Source of the DNA: Camelus ferus
Taxonomy: Eukaryota
Reading direction: 5' to 3'
Assembly (NCBI RefSeq): GCF_009834535.1
Contig: NC_045696.1
Span: 53,508,001-53,572,000 of the forward strand
DNA: 64,000 nt
Below the pieces are notes generated by a model, which ran no database searches, was not told the DNA's origin, and worked only from the letters and a program-made list of their open reading frames with translations. Position numbers and translations under genes: made by a program. Below are positions 36,436-49,800 of this stretch, in pieces (within the stretch, counting starts at the first letter, position 1; every line of letters begins with the position of its first letter).

Positions 36436-39400
36436 TAAAAACACAGAACATAATCTATAATAAAGCTACTTGACCAAAGCTATCTAAATATGTTACAGAT
36501 GCAGACAGACAGCTGGTCTTAGAAGCCAGGGAAGCAATTATTTACTCAGAAAGCCCATATACTTTTTACTGCAACCACTAGAGGAGCAAATGTTTAAAGA
36601 GTGAGTAGCATTTGGCTACCTGGACTCTCATATTCATCCTGGAAGCACAGCTCCAGTGCCTCCCTGCTCAAGGACCCCTGTCATCTGACCCCATCTAAGG
36701 AGGATGGACAATCTCTGTGAATAATGCTCTTCTCATCCTCTACTACACCAGCCTCCAAGGCCATGAAGGACAGTGTGTCCCTTTATAATTCCCTTGTGAC
36801 AACCGGACTCCCATGTGTGAACCAAACTGAAACTCAATTAAAGAGGCTGTGGCACCTTCAATGGTTCACTAAGCCCTCTGGCAGCAAACACAGCTGTAGA
36901 CATTCCTTCTTTCTTCTCCCTGAGAAGCACCTCCTGGGTTTTAATTCTGAATGGGGAGAAACGTAGGGGATTCTTCGGAATTCTTTGGAATTCGGTCCAG
37001 AAAAGTAACTTCTCAGTGAAATTCAGAAAATGTCAGTAAACAACCTCTTGTTCTTGCAGGAAGATGAGGAAGAATGGATCTGATTGCATTTCCTATCGAT
37101 ACCGTCAAGGAGAAGGAGGGGCATAAGGGAGGTGGGAAGTTTGACAGTAATAGTTTCCAGCAGCTCTGACAAGCCCAGAAACTTCATCCGGTCATCACAC
37201 TTTTCCCTCTCTGCTGATCTGAAATGCAAGCCCCTTACTTCAAGCCTGACTGACTTCTCTCTTGATTCAGAGTAATTGGGGTCCTCAGAGGCTTCCCAGA
37301 AGGAAACATTTGCTGGTTGTATGGTCTCTGAGTGTTAACACTAGATAGCGGTTTGGCTTATGTTCAGTATTTTCGGGTATCACCTTAGGGACTGAGAGTG
37401 TTGGGCTGCTGAAACCCAAAAAGCCCACAACGGGAGAAAAAGTCACAATAGCATCTTCTCCTCTCTTACCTAGATCCTCACCCATTTCAATTACATCGCA
37501 TAATAGAAACCATGGTACAGTCTGAAATCTTAAGAGATCAAAACCGTCCTGAAATATTTCCAACCTCTCCTAAACCCTGCTACATGTATGTATGTGTTGA
37601 AATAGGAAGGCATTAAGCACATATTGCAATCACATTGATTACTACTTGTCATCATTACAGATGGGCCTGAAGAAGTCTAGGGTTTTAATGAGCCAGTATG
37701 GATTTCATGTTCTACTTTTGGTCTGAGAGACAGCAGTAGCTTCTTTCAGTGGGGACTGATTCCAAGTCTGAAATTTTTAAGGTCAGCTTGCTTCCCTTTG
37801 GATGGGATGCTTATCAGATCTTTAGGGTAAAGTAGAAGGAAGAAAAGAAAAATTTTCTAGGGAATCTGATTTATTAGAGAGCTGGCATGGATAATTCAGG
37901 GCGCTTTCATCAAGAACTTTCAACGTCAGCTGCTTCAGCTCTTCTCTTCACTGTCTCTATAAAATTCTGGAAGAAGTATTACTTATGATATCTTCCAGTC
38001 TCTAGGATGCATTTTCTTTGAACTTATCAGAATGCTTTTCTTTTCTCTTCACTTATCTGATTGCATTATTTTCACAGTACTATTCATACGGATTATCACT
38101 GTGTATATTTGATGGGAGAAAATTTTGTGGAGGTGAAAAACTCATCGTTTTTGCGTTTGTCCAGTGGCTCTAAAAGTCAAGGCCCTGAGCAATGCCCACA
38201 TGGTGTGACTGCCCTCTCTCACTACTCCTTCCTTTTTTTCCGTAAGTAGTTTAGTAGAATGGACTAATATGTCCTTATCCCTACAGTGTTACTGTAAGCG
38301 TGAAGCTTGGAAATTTTTGAGTTGAGGAAGGAGCACTTGATAAAGTTAACTCTGCAGCTGTAGATCACGTGAGCACACAGGCGTGGAATTGTGTATCTTT
38401 TCTCGAAAAATGGTCCATAGATGAAATGGTGTAAATTTCAGTTTTTCAGGAGCCTGGGTGAATTTAACTTTGACTGTGAGCCAGTAATCCCCAACCATTT
38501 GCATCTCCCTGGCACTAGCATACTGGAATCTGGGAAAGAAGAGTTTTGTACTATGGGTGCAATTGTCACAGGAATGGATCCATCAAGAGGCTATTCTTTT
38601 TCTCTAGAGCAATAAAAAGGGATATGAAATTTCTGAGTGAACATAGGAGCAGCTGAGATTTGAAAACAGAAAGCCTGTATCAGTCAGAATAGTCCTGTAG
38701 CTTTTGGACAAAGCTTACATACCCTTGTATTCTGTTTCCTTTTGGCTTTCGGAATCACCGTGTGTTTTGATTTTTGCCTCTACTGTCAAGTCAATTGGTT
38801 TCTTTTTTTAAAATGTATTCTCTTAACTAAAATGAGCTCTTCTTGCCTTTTCCTTACCCCTCCCATTTTCCAAGCACCATTTTAATTAAGGTGGAGATGG
38901 ATAGAAATACCACATCTCTTATAGAAGCCATGGAAAGAGGAGATGCAAAATAAAAGCCCTCAAGACACGAGTGTTCTTATCAATAAGCTTCAGAGACTGT
39001 CAGAAAAAAATGACTTAGAGAAACAGTTATAATAGTTTATTTCCTATTTCACCTTTGAGTCAGAATAGGAGACAAAGGGTTCCATTTGACAGCAAAATAA
39101 TATTTTCCCTCCTAACTGATGATCTGGCTTTTGGAATGGAGTTTTTAATAAAAGTTCAGCGGAAGAATTTGGGGTGACGGCTAGTGAAGAGATAAGGGTA
39201 GCAATAATGTTGATTTCATCATCTCTAACCATGAAAGGAGAGTGGGTGTGTGCGTGCATGCACGTGCTCACAGTGTGTGGTGAATGCGTGTCTGTATCTG
39301 AGACAGAAGGAGCGGATGGAATAGAACTGACAACTGTAAAAACATATCTCAGTAAGTGTTGATTTCCTACCGTCAATATGTTTGTGATCTCCTATTCCAA

Positions 39401-41163
39401 CCTGATTTCAGAACTCTGAAGTAGGCATATTTCTCCTTGCATTACTCTCCTATCTCTATAGGAACTTTCTTCTTCCCTTCATTGCTTACAGAGCCCCCAT
39501 CTCAGCCTCTAATTCAGGCCCAATCTTACCTGGCCATGGTAAACACTCTACAGAGTTCAGCACCTTTGCGTGAATATTTGCTTTTCCATTGTCTCATGCA
39601 TGTGTTCCTGTTTTCCAAGGCAAGTTTTGCCCCCCCCCCAAATAAGCTAGATTATAAAGTACAAAATATCACAAGGAAATAAGCTAGATCTAGATGAAGT
39701 TGCTTAAATAGACAGCGTAGTTTTCACCACCTGCCTAGATCATCACCAGAATTTCAGATGAAATCTGAATCTGTACTCAACCACAGCAACACTGATGGTG
39801 AATTGTATTAAATACGGTGAATGTACAAACAGGCCAAGAATGTGTCGTGGCTTGCTTGGAAGTGTAATATTACTAATTTGCATATTTTGCAAGTTATCAC
39901 TGAGATCTGATGATTTGTCCAAGTAAAGTGCTTAAAAATATAAAAGTGTAATGGGTTCATTGTCCATTGCACTCTGACATTGCCTGTTGACACATCCTAG
40001 TGTATTTTAATGCTTTTTCACGCTTGACATAGCACTACTGTACAGTAATTAAGTTCCCATGAATATGTTCAGTAATGATTGCTATTTAAACTGATTAACC
40101 ATTGATTCATTCCTATCAACTCAATGACAAGTCTGCTTCGCAAATTAAACAAGTCAACAAGATTATGACAGTCTTAACTTACATCATTTAATTTGAAGAA
40201 GAACCATAAGAATAAGACTAGACTAGGAAAATATGTTTGGCACTGATCACTGTAAATTCACTTTTAATGACTTGCATTTCATTCAGTGTGTGTACTGAAG
40301 TTTTCTTACAAGGATGAAAGATAGGGATTCGTGTGAAAAGTACTCAATTCACAAAATGTCCCTAGGAATCCAGAAATAAATTGTAAAATAAATGTGCAGG
40401 GCTTATCACACAGATTTACTTCATCTCAGACTATTTACTTTGGCTAAGCAGATCAGATGGGCTTCTGCTGTTGCACAGGTACATAACTCTTAAAATTTAA
40501 AAAAAAAAAAAAAAGTAAGTATTCTGCCCGAAAACATTCCCTAACTGCTTCCCTTCTCTTTGAATTCTTCTGAAAATGCTGCTTTCCCTCAGATTTCTGT
40601 GTAGCCTAGGAATGTATCCAAACTACATAACCTGGTGTTTGGAGACCCACATATTTCGTTTTCCAACCTTGTCATTGACTTCTCTCCAGCATGAGCTCTC
40701 TTTCAGAGGATTTCGTCTACTAACCCTCCTACAAACAAATACTTCCCAGAATCTCCTGCACAGCTCTCTCTAGTCGCTGATTCCTTTACCTTGATCTCTC
40801 TAAGAAATAAACATTTTGCAATTTTTAAAAAAACACTGGCTATTTTTTTTTCCTTTCTGCTTGTCCTTCTTCTACATTAGAGTGTAAATTACTCAGAAAT
40901 GGTTTCCTTCCAGCCTAAACTGTCACAAATAGTCATACACATTTTGTGCTGCATGGCACTAGGAAACCGTACCCACACTGACCACAGTGTAAACCATGGG
41001 CCCCAAGGTCTGCCTGCCTCCATAGACTTTGTCAGCATATCAGCAAGCAGCTGAGCCAGCAGTGGACACACATCCAATCCTAGGCGATAACAAACCTGGG
41101 CATCAGTTTAAAAAGCAGAAATGAGAAGAAGAGAATGAAGGAAGGAAATCTTGACTCTGCCCA

Positions 41164-41741
41164 TGCAGGAGGCAGAGAACCAGAGAACCGAAACCGGGAC
41201 CTGTTGCCTAGACTTCTTTAAAGGTTCAAAATTAACCTGTAGTTGGCCTTAGTGATACTTCTGCTTGAGTGATGGAAAAAGCCACCCTGAAGGAACAGAA
41301 AGCCCTGTCCTAGACCTACTCCACAGTGACCGCAGTGTTTAAGGGTCTCGCTCACTCGATCTAGCTCCACCACGTTGTTTAAGGGCCCCTGGTCACCGAA
41401 TCTTGTTCTGGCAGAGTGTTTGTTCCACAGAGCAGAACAAACTGGAAAGCAAGCGGGAAAGGAGCAGCCAATGGAAAGAGATCAAGAAACATCAAAGAAA
41501 TAGATAAAAGGACCTAGCTGAGACCCCCAAAAGTAGGAGTTCTTACAGCAAGACACCTGCCCTTACAACTCCCTGACCCAAGTGTCTTTTCACTTGAGTG
41601 TCTTTTCCTCTTTTTCTCTTTTGAGCAATAAAGCAGCTTTCACTTTGCCCCTTTGTCTCCCCTGTGAATTCTTTCATGGCCGGAAGACAAGAACCTACTC
41701 TGGGGTTCTCCTCCTTTTAGGGGGTTCCCCATCTGCTAACA
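41164..41741 (+). mobile_element. ERV1-like solo LTR (5' boundary uncertain)
   Basis: LTR layout: imperfect U3 tandem repeat (41316-41402), CCAAT at 41468, GATAAAA at 41503, AATAAA at 41627, U5 gaattcttt...gacaagaacc, and a ctaaca terminus. Confidence 0.7.
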
Positions 41742-42039
41742 AATACTAACACACAGGTCAGAGAATTTCCTTATCTTCATGTCCAACTGCTCTATTTCAA
41801 ATGTTGCAAATGGTGAGCCTGGTTGATGGGTCAAAACACAGGGAGTTTAGGGGTTAGATCTTCTTGACCCGGGGGAGGTACCTTGCAACTGGGAATTTGG
41901 CCTCAGTTACCTTTCTAGACTTCTGCATTATCGACAGCCTCATGCCAACCGCTTTTGTTGGTTATTGTTAAACAATAAAAATTGATTTCTCTTTTCTAAT
42001 ACTCCTGATAAAAACTCATGAACTTGTTTATGAAACCTT

Positions 42040-42655
42040 TTTCCTATTTTGGCCTCTGACTTCCTGTGACACTGTTCCCCCTGCCCCTGCCCCTCATCCC
42101 TTGGTCACTCTTTCCTCTGCTCTTTTTCATTAATATTCCTTTTCTGATTTCTTTCCTCTTTTTGTTCCTTCAGTGGTCATCCTTTAAGGTTCATTATCCA
42201 TGCTCTGTTTTTCTCTCTGTACTCTGTCTCAAGACACCTCATACAGTTATTACATTTCCTCATCGTCTCTATGTGGAAGATGGATAATAATACCAATTTA
42301 TTCATATATTTCTGACCTTTTCTCAAGCTTTGCACCCATATTTCCAATGCTCTACTGAACATGATCAACGGGATATGCTGCCATCCAATAAAATTTAATG
42401 TGTCTAAACAAAACCTTCCTCCAGGAAATTCTTCCTTCTCTGTATCTGTTAATGTACTATCAGTCTTCCCACCAAGGATTGAAACCTTGAAGCTATCTTT
42501 TTTATTTCCTTTTACTTATCTCCTATAACCTCCTAAACTGTCAGTAATCAAGGGATGCTAATAATTCATTGTAAATTACCTCCCACATCTGGCACTTTCA
42601 TTACATTCCCATCATTACCACAGTGCATGTCCTTACTACTTTACATCTGGATTCA
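42040..42655 (+). mobile_element. L2 LINE fragment
   Basis: catatttccaatgctctactgaacat...aatttaatgtgtctaaac...gaaaccttgaagctatc. Confidence 0.65.
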
Positions 42656-42919
42656 GATTAAGATACAGGAATTATTTAGTGAGCACCTGCTAGGTGCCAG
42701 ATAGTGCTAACAGCTTTCACAAAAACTGAATGTTTCTCTAGATTTTCTCTCTTTTAAACTACGCTCAACCCAAATTTTACCTTAATAGTCATAAAACCTT
42801 TAGTCATCTCTTTTTCCCCCAGGCAAAATCCTTCTAGTGGCAAGTGTATTTCTTCACTTCTTTTCAACATTAACTCTACTCGACTGAAGCTACATCTTTA
42901 CTTACTGCTCTATACATTA

Positions 42920-43420
42920 TGATATATTGAAAACAATGGCCATAGACTTTTCCCATCCTCAGATGAATACCACTTTGCGAGGTGAATCTGTAGTTCCTCC
43001 AATCAAAATGCGGCTTCTAATTTTCCATGTTGTCTCGTGGCCAGCTTTGGCCAATGGGACAATAGGAAACATGACTCAGCAGAGACTTGAAAAGTGAACT
43101 TGCATCAGGACTTCCCCATTCTTGTTGCACTTGGAACCTTAAGAACAACATGTTCATGCACCTAAGCCAGCATGATGGAGGAGCACTCCAGCTTACAGTG
43201 AAGAATGACCAGACACAGAAAAGAGGCCTTCCTTAATTAACAGCCATCAGCCAACCCCCCAGCTTCCTACATGTGCATGAGAGACTCTGTAGAAGTCAGC
43301 AAAACCAGCATGAACTAGAACAACTATTCAGTCACCCACAAAATTGTAAACTAAATAAACTAGTTGTTTTAAAGCACTACATTTTGGTGGGGGTTGTTAT
43401 GCAGCAAAAGGTAACAAATC
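42920..43420 (+). mobile_element. MLT1G/H-like MaLR solo LTR
   Basis: aaaacaatggcca...gctttggccaat...gcagagacttgaaaagtg...aaataaa...gttgttttaaagcactacattttgg...ttgttatgcagcaaaaggtaac. Confidence 0.8.
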
Positions 43421-43639
43421 CCTTGGTCTAGTTGCCCTCTTTTTGACACCCTTCTTAAATACTCTGGTTCCACGATGCTGTCTCTCTCTTTTCGGAGATT
43501 TTATGGCATTCTGACTACACCAATAGTTTCAGGAGATCCTGTGGTTTTCTTATGCAATGCCACCAGTGTCTCTTTCATGGGAACAGCTGGTCTATACCAC
43601 TGTTTTTTCTCTTTTGTGTCTAATGGGCTTTATCCATAA

Positions 43640-43830
43640 ACCTTGGATAAACTATAACCTTGGCATTTAACCATATCCTGTCTTACTGTTAACATCGTTT
43701 GAGCCTAAGTCTGTTTTCTCTAAGTAGGTCACAAATCTGACCTACTGCCTTAGAACTTTGGTATCACTTCAGAACTGATCAGCATTCCGTGGCCAAAGTA
43801 GGCATTCAATAAATATTGATTAGATGAAAG
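43640..43830 (+). mobile_element. L2 3' end
   Basis: agtaggcattcaataaatattgattagatgaa terminus. Confidence 0.6.
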
Positions 43831-45151
43831 ATCGCTCTACAATTAAAAAAAATGAAAAAAATATTAAAACATTTTAGTACAAAAACTGGTTGATAGTTTA
43901 CAAGACTGAAAAGACCATATTCAACTAGGTTGTACGTTTGAGCACAGTTCTCCTCTCTGCCCTCTTCCTGTGCTCATCTCAGAAATCTGACTTAAGAATG
44001 CCCTGCCCAGAGAGATACACAAGAGGAAAACACGGGAAAGAGTAAGACCCCGGCTGGCCTTTCATATATTTTTTTAATCCTTCGTAATAAGTAGTAAGAT
44101 GAAAATGGTTTACCTCATTTATCTTTCAGCTTTATGTCAAATGTACACTGTGATATGCACAGGATACACAATGAAGCTGAGATTTTTCTTTTGCAGGACC
44201 ATTAAGTTAGAAATTTCTGGCTTTTATTTTCTGGAGTGCCTACAGCATTTTTACTTCAGTGCTGCATTAAAGTAATTTTTACATTTAATATGGAATAAAG
44301 GCAAAGCTGTCTCACAATGCCCTAACCACAGGTACGTGGGCGAACAGTTGTCTACAGATTATAGCTTGGAAATGGATTCAAAGTAAAGCTAAGAAAGGCA
44401 AAACAACTCAATTTGGAATATGAATCAGCCTTGGAATTGGCATGCTTCAGCGAGAATGGTGTGTTCTCTTTCCTGCTTCAGAGTTGGTTCCCCAATAATT
44501 CTGCTTCCAAGTTATAAAGGGTATAGCATTCCAATCTGGAGAGGTTTTGAGGCTCCTTCAGCACAGAATTAAAAAAAAAAAAAGCATAGCATATGCATTT
44601 TCCATCAACCTGCTATTAAAAATAAAAGCCTACATATAGTTACCATCTCCAGGTATTTTATCTCCTGTGTACCTGTCGCCTACCATACCTTACAGTCCTG
44701 GTCCATAAAAGTCCAGAAATGGGGAACTTTAACTATAGCATCTGAATAAAACTATAATAGTTGTAATACGTTTGCAATTATTTATGATGGCTGTATGTCT
44801 GGCTTGTTTTTATCTTTCATGTCTAATGGGCTTCATCCATATATTCTTCAAGGAAAAGAGTGTGATAATAGAGCCTTCTTTGTTCTTAGATTTCTGATGA
44901 ATTCTAGGCTATGTACAATAATTCTGCAAAATTTTTTCACTTCAAAAGCTACACTCCTCAGTGACAAGTAGTTGGAAATAAATTCCCAGTTAGGCAGGCA
45001 TGGGTTGTCAAGGAAGGAAGAGGTAGCCGATAAGGTGAGGTTGAAATAAATGAAAGGACTTAGGTTATTTCCCTTTTCTAAATCTTTAAACCTGAGGACG
45101 TGGTTTTCCTCACTCAATCCCATATTCCATTCTTTCATTGACAAAAAATGT

Positions 45152-45848
45152 GTCAAAAACTTGAAGCAACAAGATGTTTCTTCATAAGTGAATAAAGAAA
45201 CTGTGGTATGGCCTTACAAGGGAATATTATTGAGCAATAAAAAGGAATGAGTGGTCAAGCCACAAAAAGACATGGATGAATCTTAAATGCATATTGCTAA
45301 GTGAAAGAAGCTGTCTGAAATGCTACATACTGTGTGATTCCAATTATATGACGTTCTGGGAAATGGAAAACTATGGAAATAATAAAAAGATGAGTGGTTT
45401 TCAGGGACTCCAGGGCTGGATGGAGGAAGGCGAATAGGTGAAGCATGCATTTCTCAGGATGGTGAAACTACTCTGTATGATATTGCAATAGTGGATACAT
45501 GACATCATGAATTTGTTAAAACTCATAGAACTTTAAATCACAAAAGTGAATCTTTAGTGCATGCAAATTAAAAAAGTATTTATGAGGTCAAGGACTATAA
45601 AAAAATGAACTATATCACAAAGGTATGAAACCACCTTATTGAAGAGGGTGGGGGAAAGGTGATGACCTATTACTTTGAAGGTTAATAAATTTGCTTCTCG
45701 TTGGGGTACAAGTTAACAATTCTCAAATTGCTACATATATATAGTGGAGTTAATGGGAAATTTCATGCAAGATAAATGGAAACTTTCTATACTATCTTCA
45801 CAATTTTTCTGTAAATCTAAAGCTCTTCTAAAAATAAGTTTATTATAA
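45152..45848 (+). mobile_element. L1MC-type LINE-1 3' region
   Basis: aagccacaaaaagacatggatgaatcttaaatgcatattgctaagtgaaagaagc...tttctgtaaatctaaagctcttctaaaaataagtttatt. Confidence 0.88.
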
Positions 45849-45959
45849 ATATTGTGCGTTTCCTTTTTATGTGCTATTCTAGACTAAAAAGAAGAAACTA
45901 GAAATGTCTAGTTTAATGAAAAGGACATGGTAGAGCAGTGAGGTTTATCAAAAATCTAA

Positions 45960-46125
45960 TATATTTTTATAGATGCTATATGATTTAAACCACAATGTTA
46001 TCAGCTCCATTTTACAGATAATGGATGTGAGTCTTAAGTAAATTACATAATTTTCCAAACGCCAAATAGCCAAGACTGAGACTAAAAACCTACATTACTC
46101 AAAGCTCATGCTTCTTGCACTATTA
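45960..46125 (-). mobile_element. MIR SINE fragment
   Basis: ttatcagctccattttacagata...ctcaaagctcatgcttctt. Confidence 0.6.
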
Positions 46126-47139
46126 AGAGTTCTTTTCACCTAAATAGATAGGATACAAGTTCAGATCATGGAATTCCAAACAGCTGTTATCAAGTGCCAT
46201 GAATATAACAAAAAGTTAGTGCCGGTTCAAGGAGGGCGAGATCTACTGGGCTTCATGGCAGAAGGAGCTTTTGAGTTGGGCATTAAGTGGCAAGTAAGAT
46301 TTTGATAAGTGAGGCGAGGGGAAAGTCATTTCATGAGAAAACAGATGGAGCTGAAGCCCCATGAGGTAGGGTCTTAGGAATGAGAGCTGCTCTAGTGTGG
46401 ACAGGAGGTAGTGTTCACCTATGCAAATACTGGGACAAAACCAGTGAAAAAAGGTTTCTCCCCTTCACTGTCTTTCTTCCTCAAAATCCAGACTGAGTCT
46501 CAGTAAAACATTGTAACTTGGAGATCCCTTAAAATTCCTCAGCGAACACAGCTAGGTCCTTTATGAAACACCGAGCTGATACACATTGAGTTTCTATCAG
46601 GAGAAAAGTGAAAGTGGCCATTTATGAAACCTTATTACTGTTAGGCTTATACCAGGTCCTTTTAAGTTCATCTAGCAGGTGCCTACTCTAAACCAGGCAT
46701 GATTCTGGGTGATGAGAAACTACAGACATAGTCTCTTCTCTTTCTCATGGTAATATGATTGTTGGTTTACATGTCTACTTTTCCTGATAGATTATGAATT
46801 CTTGGTAGGCAAGAGATCACTGAGGAAGACAGCTTCCTTCTCTGACTTTAAAATATCACCTTCTTCTATCGTTTAGACTGAAATAATCAGACTGTAAGTA
46901 ATTATTATACAGAGAAGAAAAGTTATGTTTTCTGCCTTAAAACAAAATCTTTCAATCTTGGACTAATTATCACTACAGACAAATTATTCCTGTGGGCTAA
47001 GTTTTGTTGACCTAAGAATGCGGAAAAAGTCGGGTTTAAAGAAGATTTGGGGAGACAAAAGAGAATATATGTTAACCTTGCATTTCATCCTCCTGAAAAT
47101 AACAAAAATCTTTAATTTTTCATTTACTTAAAAAAAAAT

Positions 47140-47790
47140 GATGGCGCATCAACCTTGTGTCAGGTGCTATGTTTCATGCTGTTGCTCCACTGATGGAAAG
47201 GAACTTGGTGTCTCCTCATTGAGAGTGCAGTCCCATGGAGAAACAGACACATAAAACAGACACAATAAATATATGGATATCATTAACTTTGTATTGAACA
47301 TCTACTATGTGCTAAGCCCTAACCTAGGCAGCAGAAATACACTGCTAAACAAAATCAACTCAACCTTTCCTTACAGAAAGTAGAGGTGAGGGGGGAAGAT
47401 ATATATAAAACAAGTAATTATGCCATACCATATGTAATTATAGACTCTTCATCAGGGTTTCACACCTCAACACTACTGACATTCTAAGATGCATAATTCT
47501 TTGGATCTTATAGGATGTTCAGCAGCATCTCTGGTGTCTACTCCAACTAGAGGCCAGTAGTACTCCTATCTCTCAATGCCCTGCAGCTGTACAATCAAAT
47601 ATGGTCCCAAAATTGTCAAATGGCGCTGGGAGGAATATTGCCCTAGGATGGGAACCACAGCGCTACAACACCAAAAGTTGTGAGGTCATGGAACCAAGGA
47701 GTTTAACCTGGCTCCAGGGTTGAGGGCCAGCATTCCAAAGGAAGGGATATTTAGGTTGAGAGCTGAATAGGCGAGATCTTATTAAGTGAA
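47140..47790 (-). mobile_element. L2 fragments, interrupted by MER20
   Basis: tattgaacatctactatgtgctaagccct...aaacaagtaatta...atatttaggttgagagctgaa. Confidence 0.55.
47453..47660 (-). mobile_element. MER20 hAT-Charlie DNA transposon
   Basis: cagggttt...cctcaacactactgacatt...taggatgttcagcagcatctctgg...ttgtcaaatg...gaaccac. Confidence 0.85.
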
Positions 47791-48379
47791 AGAATAGTGA
47801 GAGGGCCTTGTAAGGATAGATACCATTGTAACTTGGAAGTCAGCGACAGACTTCATATCCTTGAACACTAAATAAAGTGAGCCTGCAGCTTCCCCCAGCA
47901 TCCCCTTCCTCTGCAACTGAGCTTCTATTTCTGTATATGCTGTCTCTAATTTATACTGATTGTCTCTGTGGTGAAAATCAGCCCTTCCTTGATTGTTCCT
48001 GAACTGCCATCCATCCCCACACACATACACATATACAAGATAGCAGGTAGCAAAATTCCTTGAAGACATAAGAAGGAGGCAAGGGAGAGGTTCAAGAAAC
48101 ACAAACAACTTCAAATCGAACATTTAGCAGATCTGTTCTTAAATGTCCTTCAGCCTCCCCGACAAAAATGCAAGGCTACTGGATCATCACCTATAGAGTG
48201 CTTAATCTCACACTGGCTCCTTTTTTCTCTGGACCCAATTTAAAAAAAAAATAAAACAAAACAACTCAACCGAGAAGCTTTACGTGTTCTTTGTTGCTTG
48301 GGTTCCTGTTGACATCTAGACACTCAGTGTTGCTCCTTCTATGGAGGGCAGCGTATTAATTTTTTTTTTTTCCAAATAA

Positions 48380-48940
48380 GGGTCATGTGCTAAAACAAAC
48401 ACTGGTGCCAGCCCTTAAGATAGACTTCATCTTGGTACACTGTGGTAGAGTCATATGCAGGCTACAAAGAAGGGACACATGAAGGGAAATGTGTGCAAGT
48501 TGGTTTGTTATACAAAGAGAAAGGCTACAGACTCTTGCAGAAGAAACCATAGTTTGTTGGGACAAGGAGAATGGAGAGGCATCAGGCACTTGTAAGTACC
48601 TAAATGGAAACTAAACAGAGTGTGACTTGAGCACACCATGGGAGGAAGCAATAGGAAATGAGACTGGAAGGGGATGAAGTGCGGACCTGGGAGAGAGAGG
48701 GATAGCAAGATGTTACCTAATACCACACTCTGTGTACTGGAATTTATCATATAGATAATGTTGGAGTCACTGCAGGATTTTTATTGAGTAGAATAAACTG
48801 AACAGGTTCTCATTTTACAGAAAGAGAAATCACCAACAGAGTCTGCCACTTGATGTCAGGGAGGCCAACTGGCGAGATACTGCAATGAGCATCCCAAGTG
48901 GGAGATGATGAAGTTGAATCTGAGGGGAGGTGGTGGTGTT
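48380..48940 (-). mobile_element. L2 LINE fragment
   Basis: ggaatttatc...ggagtcactgcaggattttt...gggaggccaact...gagatgatga. Confidence 0.6.
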
Positions 48941-48959
48941 TCATTGTAAGAAGTAATAA

Positions 48960-49200
48960 AAATAAGAAGAGCTAAAGAGCTAACATCTCTGAGTGCCCTG
49001 TGCCAGGAACTAAGCTCTCTACACTTATTAACTAATCTACCCAATGATCCTATGAGGTCACCACCAATGTTACCTTCATTTTACAGAGATGGTTTCTAAT
49101 TTGCCTGAAGTCATACAGCTAAGAAGACATAAAACAATGATTCTAACCAAGACCTGAGTCTAACTCAGACCACCCAATGTGTGCTGACATCCACTATACT
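48960..49200 (-). mobile_element. MIR SINE
   Basis: agctaacatctctgagtgccctgtgccagg...cctatgagg...cattttacagagat...ttgcctgaagtcatacagcta. Confidence 0.8.
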
Positions 49201-49314
49201 CCAATGGAGCCAGATTTTCTTAGTGAGTAAAAACCAAGGGGTAGAAATTTGAAGGAATTTTTATGACATGGTTTCAAAAGTTTTTAGGCAAGACTTATAA
49301 GAAGATATAAATGA

Positions 49315-49433
49315 GGGGGGAGGATATAGCTCAAGCATTAGAGCACATGCTTAGCATGCATGAGGTCCTGGGTTCAGTCCCCAGTACCTCCTCTAAGAAT
49401 AAATAAATAAATAAATAAACGTAATTACCTCCC

Positions 49434-49464
<31 letters not shown>

Positions 49465-49499
49465 GAAAGAAAAGGAAAAAAAAAATGATAAAAAAAGAG
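49315..49499 (+). mobile_element. Vic-1-type camelid tRNA(Ala)-derived SINE
   Basis: ggggaggatatagctcaa (A box), cttAGCatg anticodon arm, ggttcagtccc (B box), (aata)n, taattacctccccc and a long A tail. 15/16 TSD aagaagata[t/c]aaatga at 49299-49314 and 49500-49515. Confidence 0.92.
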
Positions 49500-49549
49500 A
49501 AGAAGATACAAATGAAAGGTCATTTTTTGTGCATATATTTAATATATAG

Positions 49550-49800
49550 TTTGCAAGGGCTTGGTAAATGATGACTTAGCTATAATACTAAGAGAGAGGG
49601 AAGCATCTGGAATGACTCCTTAGTTTTTGTTTGACCTGAACATCATCCAGCCATGAAAAGACTTGTGGAGAGCAAGGGTAGGGTGAGTTGTTATGTCTTG
49701 TTTTAAACATAGTGGTCTTGGGGTACTTGAGTACTTTCCAGGTAAAAACGCCTAGTAGGCAGTTGGATATAGGAATCTATATTTCTATATAGATCTCTGA
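49550..49800 (-). mobile_element. L2 LINE fragment
   Basis: gaatgactccttagtttttg...ctagtaggcagttggatatagga. Confidence 0.65.

Noticed and set aside
37045..37085. Acceptor followed by EDEEEWI-stop, resembling an acidic WASP-type C-terminus
   Set aside because: Only seven residues from a purine-rich run, with no upstream exons identified.
49315..49392. tRNA-Ala-like sequence
   Set aside because: It is the head of a SINE with a tail and TSD, not a functional tRNA gene.
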